In this document: positions 47,518 to 57,464 of the stretch, piece by piece
Position numbering within the stretch: position 1 is the stretch's first letter
Layout of the letters: the number at the start of each line of letters is the position of its first letter
Origin: a virus
DNA length: 64,000 nt
Strand: one strand, 5' to 3'
IMG/VR virus record: IMGVR_UViG_3300045988_120055
Coordinates: 53,031-117,030 of that record
The notes under the pieces: model-generated
Seen by the model: only the letters and a program-made list of their open reading frames with translations
Told to the model about the DNA's origin: nothing
Database searches by the model: none
Made by a program: the position numbers and the translations under genes

Positions 47518-48237
47518 TCATCCTGTCATCTGCTTCTCAAAAAGCTGTCTTTCCAACGCACCGAAATCATAGTCACGATCACACTCCAAGCGTGCAAGGT
47601 TTGTTACCTTGGACTTTTGTTTAGCATTCTTCTTAGCTTGATTACGTTCCCAGTTTCGTACTGCTGCCTTCCAGTCTTGCATTTTGCTATTGCCAATCAT
47701 CCAGTCTTTGGCTGTGTAATAATCCACAAACTCTTCTGGATCAATCCCGTTGTTTCTTTGTTGGCAATATCTGGAGACTTGCTCACAATCAGGCGGTGTG
47801 AATCGCTTTATATTATTATTATATTTATTATTATTCTTTACTTTCTTTTTATGTGTCGCTTCTGCGTCGTTTTGGTGTCGTTTCTGTGTAGTTTTTTCAT
47901 CTACAAAACCTTGATAAACACTGTAATTTACTATGGTTATGACTGTCTTTTTAGTGTCGCTTTTTACATGTATGATACTGTCGTTTTCCAGTGTCTTTAA
48001 AAATTTGACAACCTTTGAATTACTCCACCCCCATCGATCACACAATCTTCTGATCGAAGTAACCATCGATCCTCGCTCGACTGTTTCTAAGTTTCCATCA
48101 ACATACTTAGGTTGATCATTATAACCTGCGAGAATCAGTAAGTCAATCATTGCTTGTCCTCTGGCAAATGGTTTATCTTCCCATAACCAGTGATCTGTAA
48201 TTTTCCGATGGAGTTTAATCCATCCTGTATTACTCAT
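47518..48237 (-). CDS. replication initiator / replisome-organizer-like winged-helix protein
   Basis: N-terminus MSNTGWIKLHRKITDHWLWEDKPFARGQAMIDLLILAGY... resembles phage and plasmid replisome-organizer / DnaD-like N-domains; basic C-terminus. Confidence 0.45.
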   Translation of the reverse strand: MSNTGWIKLHRKITDHWLWEDKPFARGQAMIDLLILAGYNDQPKYVDGNLETVERGSMVTSIRRLCDRWGWSNSKVVKFLKTLENDSIIHVKSDTKKTVITIVNYSVYQGFVDEKTTQKRHQNDAEATHKKKVKNNNKYNNNIKRFTPPDCEQVSRYCQQRNNGIDPEEFVDYYTAKDWMIGNSKMQDWKAAVRNWERNQAKKNAKQKSKVTNLARLECDRDYDFGALERQLFEKQMTG

Positions 48238-48277
48238 GGCATCACTCCCATCTATATACGGAGATAAAATTCTCCTT

Positions 48278-48523
48278 TCACTGTTTTAAATGCTCACCTG
48301 TTAATTCATCAATTGCATAATGTGTCATAAATTCATCATAACTCATTATACGTTTACCACAGTCACAGCATGTCATAGATTTATTATATGTGCAGCATTC
48401 AGTAATTTCCTCATCTTGAAAATGTCCATCAAAACTATATATATCGGTTCCATTAGCTTTAAACCTAACAGCCATTCCACGATCACTTCCGCAGTGCGGA
48501 CATTTTGTTATTCGTTTTTTCAT
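48278..48523 (-). CDS. zinc-ribbon protein
   Basis: CPHCG...CCDCG; 81 aa. Confidence 0.4.
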   Translation of the reverse strand: MKKRITKCPHCGSDRGMAVRFKANGTDIYSFDGHFQDEEITECCTYNKSMTCCDCGKRIMSYDEFMTHYAIDELTGEHLKQ

Positions 48524-48708
48524 TTACAATTCCATCCCCTTGGTTTTAATTTACTCAACTCTCGATTGGCGATTTCAAAAGCTATACTTATATACATTCT
48601 ATATTGATGGATTGTTAAGTTATCTTCTCCGATTTCTTGATACCGCTTATATTCTTCAATAAGTTCATTGTATGGTTTATTTGTATAGATACTTTTCATC
48701 TTTATCAT
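48520..48708 (-). CDS. small hypothetical protein
   Basis: 62 aa. Confidence 0.35.
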   Translation of the reverse strand: MIKMKSIYTNKPYNELIEEYKRYQEIGEDNLTIHQYRMYISIAFEIANRELSKLKPRGWNCK

Positions 48709-48754
48709 CTCCTATAATATACATTATTTTTCAGACATAAATTCTACCCAGCGA

Positions 48755-49351
48755 TCAGAAATTTCCACAATCAGCAAAATAATAATTGAATTCTTTTAAT
48801 TCCTCTGGAAGTCCTTTATAATTATCTTTCTTTACTCCGTGAAGATCTTCTACACTTCTACGAATTGTATTTGTTTCTACGTTTTCTTCTATCGGTTGAT
48901 CATCTTTATCATCAAAAACCGACCACGCTAAGGTTCTGCAAAAATCTCCTGACCAGTTTGAAATTATGGTACAAAATGGCGTTGGGATATCTACAATGAA
49001 CGGCAGTTCAGGATGATATTCACCCAAGGATTTTCCAAACAAATCTTTGTAAGCGCACTCTATTGATTTCATTGCAAGGGATAATCCGCTTCTATCTTTG
49101 CATCCTACTGTTGTCAGCAATACAATATTTTCGCCTTCAGCCTCTAATATAACTTCTGCACAATAGAAAGCTCCATCCGCAGTAATATGCAATTTAGTTC
49201 CATCCATAAACGGTACTGTGTAATTAGATGATACATTCCTATCAAATTCAATAAGCTCTCTCATTCTAGTTCTTATTTCACTACTGATTTCCTCTGAATA
49301 AGATTTTCTCATATGCCCTGTCAACAGAGTATAATGATTAATATATTCCAT
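48755..49351 (-). CDS. hypothetical protein
   Basis: 198-aa ORF. Confidence 0.4.
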   Translation of the reverse strand: MEYINHYTLLTGHMRKSYSEEISSEIRTRMRELIEFDRNVSSNYTVPFMDGTKLHITADGAFYCAEVILEAEGENIVLLTTVGCKDRSGLSLAMKSIECAYKDLFGKSLGEYHPELPFIVDIPTPFCTIISNWSGDFCRTLAWSVFDDKDDQPIEENVETNTIRRSVEDLHGVKKDNYKGLPEELKEFNYYFADCGNF

Positions 49352-50364
49352 TACTTGTCCACCTTAACCCTTCTCATTTCTCTAACTTCTTTTTTATACT
49401 GTTCGATAGCATCAAGTGCATTTTCAGTATAACAAAAATCATACTTTTTCGCAAAGTTATTTACAGACCTGTAATTGGCTATAGGTACTTCCACACACCC
49501 TTTATCCCGACTATACCGATTATTCATAATTTTCCTTGCAGCATTGTAAATTTCATTACTCCTTGCGCTCCAACGCAATGTTAGAACTTTATCTTCTGAA
49601 TCGTAATTAATCCAACGAGTGTTTTCTTTTTTATAATTTCCACTGATTGCCATTTCTGTAATTTCACTATCATGAATACAAATTGCAAATCCATTCTGCA
49701 ATAAGCCATGTCCAATTTCTGCTACTCTATCAGCATAATTTCCGCTTTTCTCGGTCAGACAACGACACCAACAACAATCATCTTCATTCCATCTATAATC
49801 TTTTGATTTAACCAAATTGATGAAGTCCTGATCTTTCAGGTAAAACAGGCATATTTTATCAAGTTTTTTAACAATTTCCACAACACCTTCATGTTCTAAT
49901 ATTTCTGGTGCCACAGCATCAATACTAATGATTCTTTCTCGACGTTCTTTCTCCCTCTTAGTTCGTTTATATTTTCGCAGAAAATCTTGTTTACTAATAA
50001 ATCGGTCTAAGTCTAACCAAAAAGAAGCTGTCGTTTCATTCTCAATAATAGATTGTGCCGTTCTGTCGTTTTCAAACTCATTGTAAAAACTCAATCGAAT
50101 TGTATTACCCCATGCTACTTGTTTTTCCGTTCCTGTTAGGTTTGGAAATCCGTATTCTTCTGATAATTCTTTAGACTTTTTGTTTTCTTCTGCAATTTTT
50201 CTTTCTTTTTCTTCTTTTGCACATTTCGGACATAAATGAGAAAAAGCATAGTCAGCTTTTCGCTGTCTTTCACTCATTTTTCCGATCACATTTACTACGC
50301 CATCATGCCCACAAGCGTAAGTCCCTTCATATTTAGCCATACTTACCACTTTCCTTTCTATCAA
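49351..50364 (-). CDS. hypothetical protein with N-terminal zinc-finger-like Cys/His cluster
   Basis: 337 aa; CGHDG...CPKC. Confidence 0.4.
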   Translation of the reverse strand: MIERKVVSMAKYEGTYACGHDGVVNVIGKMSERQRKADYAFSHLCPKCAKEEKERKIAEENKKSKELSEEYGFPNLTGTEKQVAWGNTIRLSFYNEFENDRTAQSIIENETTASFWLDLDRFISKQDFLRKYKRTKREKERRERIISIDAVAPEILEHEGVVEIVKKLDKICLFYLKDQDFINLVKSKDYRWNEDDCCWCRCLTEKSGNYADRVAEIGHGLLQNGFAICIHDSEITEMAISGNYKKENTRWINYDSEDKVLTLRWSARSNEIYNAARKIMNNRYSRDKGCVEVPIANYRSVNNFAKKYDFCYTENALDAIEQYKKEVREMRRVKVDK

Positions 50365-50864
50365 AGTTTCATTTTATCTATATGATCGTCACATTCCCAT
50401 ACCGCTTCATAGCAGACATCTAACATATCTCTTACGATTTGTTTCCTCTGACTTAACTTTTCTTCTTTTTTTTCAATATCCTCTTTCTCACGCAATAAAT
50501 GTGTATATATTTGATACGGCATGTTTGTATCTGCTAGTTTTTCTTCTATAGCGATCCTTTCATTAATTACTTGTCTTAATTTATTACCTAATTCCTTATG
50601 CTTATCTTTAATCGCTTTAATGACTGCATATTCATACATTCTTTGATATTTAGACTCAAATTTTCCATCTTTGAATTCATAACGATCCTCAACTTTGCAG
50701 GCATCTAAAATCTTATCTCCATTTTCTCTGCACTCATTTAACAATTCCATTAAAGCCTCTTCGTTGTCAAATGTCGCATAACCAATTCCATCTTCTTTTG
50801 TTTCGTAAACACACATATATGGTTTTTCTGGTGTATATGCTTTAGATTTTTCCATTTTAATCAC
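50361..50864 (-). CDS. hypothetical protein
   Basis: 167-aa ORF. Confidence 0.4.
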   Translation of the reverse strand: MIKMEKSKAYTPEKPYMCVYETKEDGIGYATFDNEEALMELLNECRENGDKILDACKVEDRYEFKDGKFESKYQRMYEYAVIKAIKDKHKELGNKLRQVINERIAIEEKLADTNMPYQIYTHLLREKEDIEKKEEKLSQRKQIVRDMLDVCYEAVWECDDHIDKMKL

Positions 50865-50879
50865 TCCTTTTTAATTACT

Positions 50880-51263
50880 TTATTCTTTACAAGCTACAAT
50901 GCAAGTTGGAGCGTTATACTTTCCAATATCCACATAAAAATTATCCAATACAGATTCTAATTTCGCATACACTCCATCTTTTCTCATATCTTTTTCCGTT
51001 TCTACATTAGAATAAATAACAATATAATCAATAGGTTCATACACAACTGTCTCCATGTGTTTAATATACTGTCCAACACTACTTTCTACAAATTTAATAT
51101 CGTCTGTTTCTGCACAAATACAGCCATATGGAATCCAACTTTTAGAAACATTCTGTCCTTTATAGATAATCATTAAAGCTCGTTTTGATTCACACTGATT
51201 CATTAACTGCATTAGCAGTTTAGATTTTCCATTGCCCTTCAATGTTAATATTTCCATTTCCAT
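50880..51263 (-). CDS. hypothetical protein
   Basis: 127-aa ORF. Confidence 0.4.
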   Translation of the reverse strand: MEMEILTLKGNGKSKLLMQLMNQCESKRALMIIYKGQNVSKSWIPYGCICAETDDIKFVESSVGQYIKHMETVVYEPIDYIVIYSNVETEKDMRKDGVYAKLESVLDNFYVDIGKYNAPTCIVACKE

Positions 51264-51274
51264 TACCTCAATTT

Positions 51275-51868
51275 CTAAATTCTAATACCATGCTCTGCCT
51301 CATATCTACACCAGCAATCAATATATCCATCTTCATCATTAACATCTAAATACTGTTCGTATTTATCCATGAGTGGATACATTTCATTATAACAAATATC
51401 TTCGTTGATAAAGCTCCAAATATCCATATAAATTGTATTATAAAAATCTTCTGGGACATAATCATATACATCTGCACAGATGATTTCTACCTTATTGCTC
51501 AATGGCAACTGACTTGCTACCAAATCAATAACTTCCTGATTCTTTTCCACTACAGTTATCTTATCTACCATTGGATCATCTTGAATCGCAAGTAAAATCA
51601 AGCCAATTCCAAGTCCACCAATAAGAACTTTCCCATGAGCATTTGTTACAAAATCTTCATTGGTTCTTTTTTCCATTGGCGTATTAGACATTAAGACACT
51701 TCCTCTATGTTCTAATCTTACATAATCTCCTGGTTTAATTCCATGACACATGGCGTACATATCATGATTGTTTATTGTAAAATGAGATAACTTAAAATCC
51801 CCAATCTGTCTATCTTTTAGAATCTTATTCATATCTTCATACATGGATATATCTTCCATTTTCATCAC
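51275..51868 (-). CDS. class I SAM-dependent methyltransferase-like protein (tentative)
   Basis: Glycine-rich motif-I-like KVLIGGLGIGLILL followed by acidic residue VVEKN; 197 aa. Confidence 0.3.
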   Translation of the reverse strand: MMKMEDISMYEDMNKILKDRQIGDFKLSHFTINNHDMYAMCHGIKPGDYVRLEHRGSVLMSNTPMEKRTNEDFVTNAHGKVLIGGLGIGLILLAIQDDPMVDKITVVEKNQEVIDLVASQLPLSNKVEIICADVYDYVPEDFYNTIYMDIWSFINEDICYNEMYPLMDKYEQYLDVNDEDGYIDCWCRYEAEHGIRI

Positions 51869-51895
51869 TCCTTCTGACCAAATATTTGTTTTATT

Positions 51896-52165
51896 TCAAT
51901 ATCCCATATTGGTTTCTTTTGTAATTTTTGTTGCTACAGAATCTAATACCTCATATTTTTCAATAATATTAGATACTTCTTCTTTTGTTAGGAGTCTCCA
52001 TTCATCAGTTCCATTCTTTTTAAACTCTAGTGTATGAGAGCCACGATCTACCCATACAGGAATACCAAATGTAATTCCCACGTATTTATCCATTAAAGCT
52101 AAACATTTATCAACTAATTTCCTATATTCTTTAGCTTCTTCTTTTCTCTTTTCTAATTTATCCAT
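51896..52165 (-). CDS. hypothetical protein
   Basis: 89-aa ORF. Confidence 0.4.
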   Translation of the reverse strand: MDKLEKRKEEAKEYRKLVDKCLALMDKYVGITFGIPVWVDRGSHTLEFKKNGTDEWRLLTKEEVSNIIEKYEVLDSVATKITKETNMGY

Positions 52166-52213
52166 CCGAGACAGCTCCTTTTCTGTTTTGTTTCATAATT
52201 ATATCACACCTTC

Positions 52214-53308
52214 CTACTCTTCTGAAATAATTTCCACCGCAGCTTCATAAAATCTATTATATAAAGTTGCATTTGTTTTAATAAGCTGAGATTTAGACAG
52301 TCCATGAGCATACTCATCCCAGTTAACGCCATTCTCTGTCATCTTAGTATAGATTTTCCGATAAACAGAAGTTCCACCTTTAGACTTATTTCCAATATGA
52401 TTAGCATAATTGGTAATCTTGATCTTCATTTCTTCCCAATCAGGCTGTGCATTTTCTTTTCTGAACTGTCGCAGAAGTTTTTCCAATGAATTAACTAGCA
52501 GATCAGGGTATTTATCATAACAAAGGTCAATTGTTGGGACATTACCTCTTTCTCCAATATTATACTTCTCTTTGTATTCTTTTCGATCCTGTTCCCACAC
52601 AATCCCATATGTGTTGGTAAGATACCTGTATGCCTCTCTAAGAATATCTCTAGTAGTGGTTCCTAGTTCGTCAGATTCTTTTAGAATATCATCAATGATA
52701 GAGTAGACATTAGATTTCCATTCATTAAGTTTGTATTCTGCAATAACGCTTTCCGTATCTACTACTGGAATATCTTTCGTAGGTTTACCGATCTGCTTAT
52801 ACAGTTCTTTCCGTTCGGCTTTCATTTCTTTAACAATATCTGCCAGCTGATTAAATCCCTTGATAGTAACCTTATACAGGCGTTCATTGTTTCTTTCCAT
52901 CTGCTTCATAAGTTCTGTCTGCTCTGTAAAAAATTGCTCCACTGTTGTTACAGGAGTGCCTGTTCTTAATTTTCCATGACGATAAGCTCCAATCACATCC
53001 CATACCCAATCCATAAAGGCATCAGCTTTGGGCTGTCTACTTCTTCTACAAATTTCATAAATGCCACGTTCATTATAGATATAACTAGAATAAGATTTTC
53101 CATCAGTTGTTTCCAATTTGGTAACAACTGAATCTCTATCTAGTCTTTCTTTATTGGCATCGTGAATTTTTGCAATGGCGACTCTAGGATCTTTATATTC
53201 TAATGCAAGTCCAATCTGTTGCCTGCTCATCCACAACTGATCGTCAGCACTATAAAAATCACACGTTATATCGTTAAAATTTTCCGTTTTTACTAACTGT
53301 ATGTTCAT
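52214..53308 (-). CDS. Bro-N domain phage antirepressor-like protein
   Basis: Bro-N signature ...LWMSRQQIGLALEYKDPRVAIAKIHD...SYIYNERGIYEICRRSRQPKADAFMDWVWDVI. Confidence 0.6.
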   Translation of the reverse strand: MNIQLVKTENFNDITCDFYSADDQLWMSRQQIGLALEYKDPRVAIAKIHDANKERLDRDSVVTKLETTDGKSYSSYIYNERGIYEICRRSRQPKADAFMDWVWDVIGAYRHGKLRTGTPVTTVEQFFTEQTELMKQMERNNERLYKVTIKGFNQLADIVKEMKAERKELYKQIGKPTKDIPVVDTESVIAEYKLNEWKSNVYSIIDDILKESDELGTTTRDILREAYRYLTNTYGIVWEQDRKEYKEKYNIGERGNVPTIDLCYDKYPDLLVNSLEKLLRQFRKENAQPDWEEMKIKITNYANHIGNKSKGGTSVYRKIYTKMTENGVNWDEYAHGLSKSQLIKTNATLYNRFYEAAVEIISEE

Positions 53309-53577
53309 TCTTCATCTTCCTTTCTAAACTGTCTCATTTTTCTCTACACTCATTATTTTTGTATAACTGTATTCCGTAAACCAATAGGAATAAAATCAAC
53401 ATTTAATTCCAACTATTAGTGTGCCAATCCTAATAGAAACCTATTCTATTCCTATTAGTTCTCTATGTAATTAACACCTTACCTATTAACAATTCTATGC
53501 TTAGTTAATCATTAATTTGTGTATAATAAATTTGACAAAGAACCGACCTGCCAAATCGGTTCTCGTCAAATATTTCC

Positions 53578-53610
53578 GTAAAATAAAAAGAACCTTCCGC
53601 TCGGTTCTTT
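53578..53610 (-). terminator. rho-independent terminator
   Basis: Minus strand AAAGAACC-GAGCGGAA-GGTTCTTT followed by TTATTTT; a second perfect 8-bp hairpin AGAACCGA-CCTGCCAAA-TCGGTTCT at 53539-53563. Confidence 0.5.
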
Positions 53611-53630
53611 GCCAAAATTATTATATGGAA

Positions 53631-53876
53631 TTAAATCAGCTGATAAATAAGCATTCCGAAAGCTACGATAACCCATAATGTCGTCATTGCTTTCATAGGC
53701 TTCATAATAGCTTCTAATATTTCCTCTAATACGTCTATATATTTGCTTAAATATACCTTATTATGTTCACGATCAATTTTTCTTAGCGATAACCAAGCTA
53801 GGAAAACAATCACATATAACACAAAGGATATTCCGCAGAACTGTTCAAAGAAATGCATAATCTGTTCTAATTCCAT
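53631..53876 (-). CDS. small membrane protein
   Basis: 81 aa, two TM helices. Confidence 0.4.
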   Translation of the reverse strand: MELEQIMHFFEQFCGISFVLYVIVFLAWLSLRKIDREHNKVYLSKYIDVLEEILEAIMKPMKAMTTLWVIVAFGMLIYQLI

Positions 53877-55219
53877 ACTTCATCATCCTCATCTTCATTA
53901 TCATATAAATTTTCCACAGGTGCCGTCTGTTGGAACATATCTGTTGGAGATAGGTTTCTAGCTTCACACATTGCACAAAAGACTTTCAGTACCTTATCCC
54001 ATTCATATTCTTGAATCCACTGTAGAAATGGTTTCTTTCCACGTTTCTTAACATCAATATGGTATTTGTATTGCAAGTTCTTATACAATTCATTCCACAT
54101 AACAGAGAATTGTGTTCCTGTTACCGCAGCCAACTTCCTAATACCAGCGTTCATCTTATTGCGATCATCCCACGTCAAAATTTCCGCTGCTAATAACTTG
54201 TTATCATTCTGTAACTTCTGATTCTCTTCTTTGAGTTCTTTGTTCTGTGTTCGTAAATCAGTTACCATAGCAAGCTTGACATCCTCAGAAAATGATGGGA
54301 AGTAGTGTTCAATGAACTGTGACTCTTTCCCAAAGTCAACTGCACCGCCTGTCTTACGGATGTTTCTAAGGTATTCTTTGATCTGCTTCTTCATCTGCTT
54401 GGCAATCGGTTTACGTGACTGCATACACACTTCATAAAGCCCATCTTCTGTGAGGAATAAGAATGGTGCTTTAGTTTTTCCGTTGGCGTCTAATTGACCT
54501 AAATTTTGAGTACCAACATTGTTGGTAGTTAAAATTTTAGTCTTGAATTTTTCCTCTTGATCAATTGTTTGTAGCATTACATTGACATTATACTTCCCAG
54601 TTCCAGTCTTTGCATAATCAATCCATTCTGCCACGTCTTTAGCCAAGAATAACGGATCTTCAATGCTTCTATACAGATCAATTCTTCTGCCTAAAATTTC
54701 CGTTGTGTCAACAAGCTTAACGCCTGCCTCTACCTGTTCTTGTTCTCTCTGTTCTTCTATCGTTATATAATCGTTGATAAAAACATAATATCTCACGCTC
54801 TCGGCAAGCTTTGAAGTTTCCATCAGCAAAGATAATCTGATTAAGCATTTAAGAGTAAACACCTTAGCACCTTTATAGCCGAATGAGATATTTAATCCGT
54901 TCGGATACGTTACCATGATTCTTCCCTTCTGTTTTTCCGTTGTTGCGTTCTGACCGTCAATGATCTCTTGCACTGTCTTAACTTCCATTCCATCGTCTAA
55001 AAACTCTTTGCGATACTTCGTACACAACCGCTTAACCTCGTCAACGTCTCCATCAAAGAATCGTGCTACCTGTTCTGTAGTAATATAATCTCGTCCAGGA
55101 AGCCACGGGATCGGCTTGATTGTAACCTGTTTCAAAAGTTCTGTGTTCTGTACCAGTTCATCTCTCTTTGCTTTATCCAAAATTGGATCGCAAGGAATTT
55201 CCATTTCGTTTAAATCCAT
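53867..55219 (-). CDS. antirepressor-like protein with Bro-N-type domain
   Basis: PFLFLTEDGLYEVCMQSRKPIAKQMKKQIKEYL matches the conserved Bro-N segment; 450 aa with an additional N-terminal domain. Confidence 0.5.
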   Translation of the reverse strand: MDLNEMEIPCDPILDKAKRDELVQNTELLKQVTIKPIPWLPGRDYITTEQVARFFDGDVDEVKRLCTKYRKEFLDDGMEVKTVQEIIDGQNATTEKQKGRIMVTYPNGLNISFGYKGAKVFTLKCLIRLSLLMETSKLAESVRYYVFINDYITIEEQREQEQVEAGVKLVDTTEILGRRIDLYRSIEDPLFLAKDVAEWIDYAKTGTGKYNVNVMLQTIDQEEKFKTKILTTNNVGTQNLGQLDANGKTKAPFLFLTEDGLYEVCMQSRKPIAKQMKKQIKEYLRNIRKTGGAVDFGKESQFIEHYFPSFSEDVKLAMVTDLRTQNKELKEENQKLQNDNKLLAAEILTWDDRNKMNAGIRKLAAVTGTQFSVMWNELYKNLQYKYHIDVKKRGKKPFLQWIQEYEWDKVLKVFCAMCEARNLSPTDMFQQTAPVENLYDNEDEDDEVWN

Positions 55220-55254
55220 AGTTATTCCACCTTTCTTATGTAAAAATTTGTATT

Positions 55255-55288
55255 AAAAAAGACACTCTGGAATTTTCCATAAGTGTCC
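55255..55288 (-). terminator. rho-independent terminator
   Basis: Minus strand GGACACT-[15-nt loop]-AGTGTC followed by TTTTTTAAT. Confidence 0.45.
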
Positions 55289-55379
55289 TAGTTACCTATA
55301 TTAATTTGTATTCACTATAATTCTAGTTCATCAATTTCTGGCGTATCAGAATGATCCATTTCAAATGATATTTTCCATT

Positions 55380-55604
55380 CTATCTTCCATTCCAAAGATC
55401 GGAAAAGAACTTATAAATTCCATACAGAATAGCAACAAATGCTATAACCATTAAAATTCCATAGCCACCACCTAAGATAGCTCCTAACATATATTCCAAA
55501 CTATCCTCTGGAACGATAAATATAATTATTAATAATAAAACCAATGGCATAATTTTACTCTCCTTTGCTAAAAAATAGGCACTATTAAAAGTGCCTATTG
55601 ACAA
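55380..55604 (-). CDS. small two-TM membrane protein
   Basis: 74 aa. Confidence 0.4.
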   Translation of the reverse strand: MSIGTFNSAYFLAKESKIMPLVLLLIIIFIVPEDSLEYMLGAILGGGYGILMVIAFVAILYGIYKFFSDLWNGR

Positions 55605-55627
55605 TAAATTAATCGTTTTTATATATA

Positions 55628-56098
55628 TTATTTATTATAATTTGGTCTATCAGTAACATTCAATACTTGAATAAGTGCATCTTGTAACACTTTAGAAACA
55701 TTAATTCCAGAATGTTCTGCTTCATAATTTAACCAACTAGGTAATGCAACATTTCTTCTTACAGATTTTGTATCAATTTTTCTTCGATATTCTGTTGAAT
55801 CAATATCAACCAATGAAATAATAGTTTCTCCTTCATCAAAAAATGTGCTTTTCGCAATATCGATATCTGTAATATTTGTTGGTTTAGGAATTTCCACCTC
55901 TCTATCTTCCATAGAAACACAAGTTAATTCCATTGCGTCTCGTGCCATTTTAATAGCATCCGACATATCTTTTCCTTCCGTTAATACATTTAAATCTGGT
56001 GCCTCAATTAAATATTTTCCGTCATCGGTTTTTGTAAATAGTACAGGATATACTGCTTTCATATTTTCACCTCTATTCTTATATATGATTGCAAACAA
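55628..56098 (-). CDS. hicB: HicB-family antitoxin
   Basis: MKAVYPVLFTKTDDGKYLIEAPDLNVLTEGKDMSDAIKMARDAMEL... (UPF0150/HicB fold); immediately downstream of hicA. Confidence 0.65.
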   Translation of the reverse strand: MFAIIYKNRGENMKAVYPVLFTKTDDGKYLIEAPDLNVLTEGKDMSDAIKMARDAMELTCVSMEDREVEIPKPTNITDIDIAKSTFFDEGETIISLVDIDSTEYRRKIDTKSVRRNVALPSWLNYEAEHSGINVSKVLQDALIQVLNVTDRPNYNK

Positions 56099-56120
56099 GA
56101 TTTTCCAAGGGCAGGCTGTA

Positions 56121-56294
56121 TTATAACAGCCCGTTCCTTCTTAGAATCTCTTTAGCAAGTCTTTCATCAACTTCCTTGTGCCGTGGAACTGATTCTGATA
56201 TATCTCCTTTAGTGTAGATATCATGGTTACCGCCATGTCTGTCAAAGACAAATCCGCCTGCTTTGAGCTTCTTGATTAAATCTTTCTGCTTCAT
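56121..56294 (-). CDS. hicA: HicA-family mRNA-interferase toxin (57 aa)
   Basis: Manually found ORF, below the ORF-track cutoff: MKQKDLIKKLKAGGFVFDRHGGNHDIYTKGDISESVPRHKEVDERLAKEILRRNGLL shows the YcfA/HicA pattern (GF...R..GSH..y....g..vPrH.el....lk.IL.q.gl). Confidence 0.65.
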   Translation of the reverse strand: MKQKDLIKKLKAGGFVFDRHGGNHDIYTKGDISESVPRHKEVDERLAKEILRRNGLL

Positions 56295-56322
56295 TGTATT
56301 GTCTCCTTTACTTACTTATATT

Positions 56323-56378
56323 ATACACAATATCTACACACTGTCAATAATATTTTACACACTTTTTACACAATATTA
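56323..56378. repeat. four TACACA(A/C) direct repeats in the hicAB upstream region
   Basis: TATACACAATAT / CTACACACTG / TTTACACACTTT / TTACACAATAT between 56319 and 56378; candidate operator sites. Confidence 0.4.
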
Positions 56379-56400
56379 TTTTAATAAAATTGACATTTGA

Positions 56401-56631
56401 TTAATTAATAGATCCATCTGCGTTGACAAGTTTATTTTCCATTTCCGCATTGTTGTCTGCGATATTGTGTAACACATAATACAGCGGATCATCTTCTTTG
56501 GCTAATTTTCCAATGCTTTCAGTCAGCATTTCCATATCTTCTTTATAATCATCTATAAACGTGTCATAGTCCATTCCTAAAGACATATTAAATAAGATGT
56601 TTGCGATTATTTTTACTTCATTGTTTCCCAT
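56401..56631 (-). CDS. hypothetical protein
   Basis: 76-aa ORF. Confidence 0.35.
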   Translation of the reverse strand: MGNNEVKIIANILFNMSLGMDYDTFIDDYKEDMEMLTESIGKLAKEDDPLYYVLHNIADNNAEMENKLVNADGSIN

Positions 56632-56637
56632 AACTAA

Positions 56638-57450
56638 TCACTCCTCTACAGCATATTGGTTAACAAAATCTCTAATTTCTTCTATGTCTGAATCTTCCAA
56701 TTCAAACCATTCACAACCACCATCTCTTAATCGCTTGTTTTTATATCGTTCATGCAATGCTGTTTCAACTTTATTATAATTTCCGACAATAGCCTTGATT
56801 ACATATTCTGGTTCTTCTGGAAGTTTTGTATATTCCCCAAACCTACTACTTCCTATCTGTGCTTTTCCAATCTTATAATATCCACAATTTTTCATAACGT
56901 AGATATATCCTTTTGGATTTTTCGCAACTGCTGGTGTCTTTTTAGTTGGCTTTGGAATATTTAAACTGTATTCTCTTTTCAATTTCAGGCAATTTTCAAC
57001 AAATAAATCCAATTGGTCATTCATATAATCTTCAAAGTATTGATCGTAATTTTCCAATATACTATTTAAATCGTTAATTGTTTCTTGTATAGATTCACGA
57101 CTTAAATAATTTCTTCCTGTTGTACTCAACACTCCATTTTTATAAATATCCATCAATGCTGCTTTATCCGTAATATATGAAATACAATCACAACACTTGT
57201 TTTGAAATTCGTTATCAGTTATTTGATATCCAATTATCTGTTCTGCCATATGTTTATTTATCATCCAAAAATCATATATATTTCTGGAAAAACAATCACT
57301 ATCTTTGGGAAACGATTTATAATCTGCTTTAATGTTTGGAATAGATTCTATTTGTTTTCCTGTCTTTTTATCAAATATTACATAATCATGATCTAACATA
57401 TATTTAAGATCCCGTCTTTTAATCAATTCTTTTGCTTTAATACTTTCCAT
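56638..57450 (-). CDS. T5orf172 / GIY-YIG-like domain protein
   Basis: C-terminal GYIYVMKNCGYYKIGKAQIGSSRFGEY...RDGGCEWFEL matches the T5orf172 (Mug113-like) domain. Confidence 0.5.
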   Translation of the reverse strand: MESIKAKELIKRRDLKYMLDHDYVIFDKKTGKQIESIPNIKADYKSFPKDSDCFSRNIYDFWMINKHMAEQIIGYQITDNEFQNKCCDCISYITDKAALMDIYKNGVLSTTGRNYLSRESIQETINDLNSILENYDQYFEDYMNDQLDLFVENCLKLKREYSLNIPKPTKKTPAVAKNPKGYIYVMKNCGYYKIGKAQIGSSRFGEYTKLPEEPEYVIKAIVGNYNKVETALHERYKNKRLRDGGCEWFELEDSDIEEIRDFVNQYAVEE

Positions 57451-57464
57451 AACTAATCACTCTC

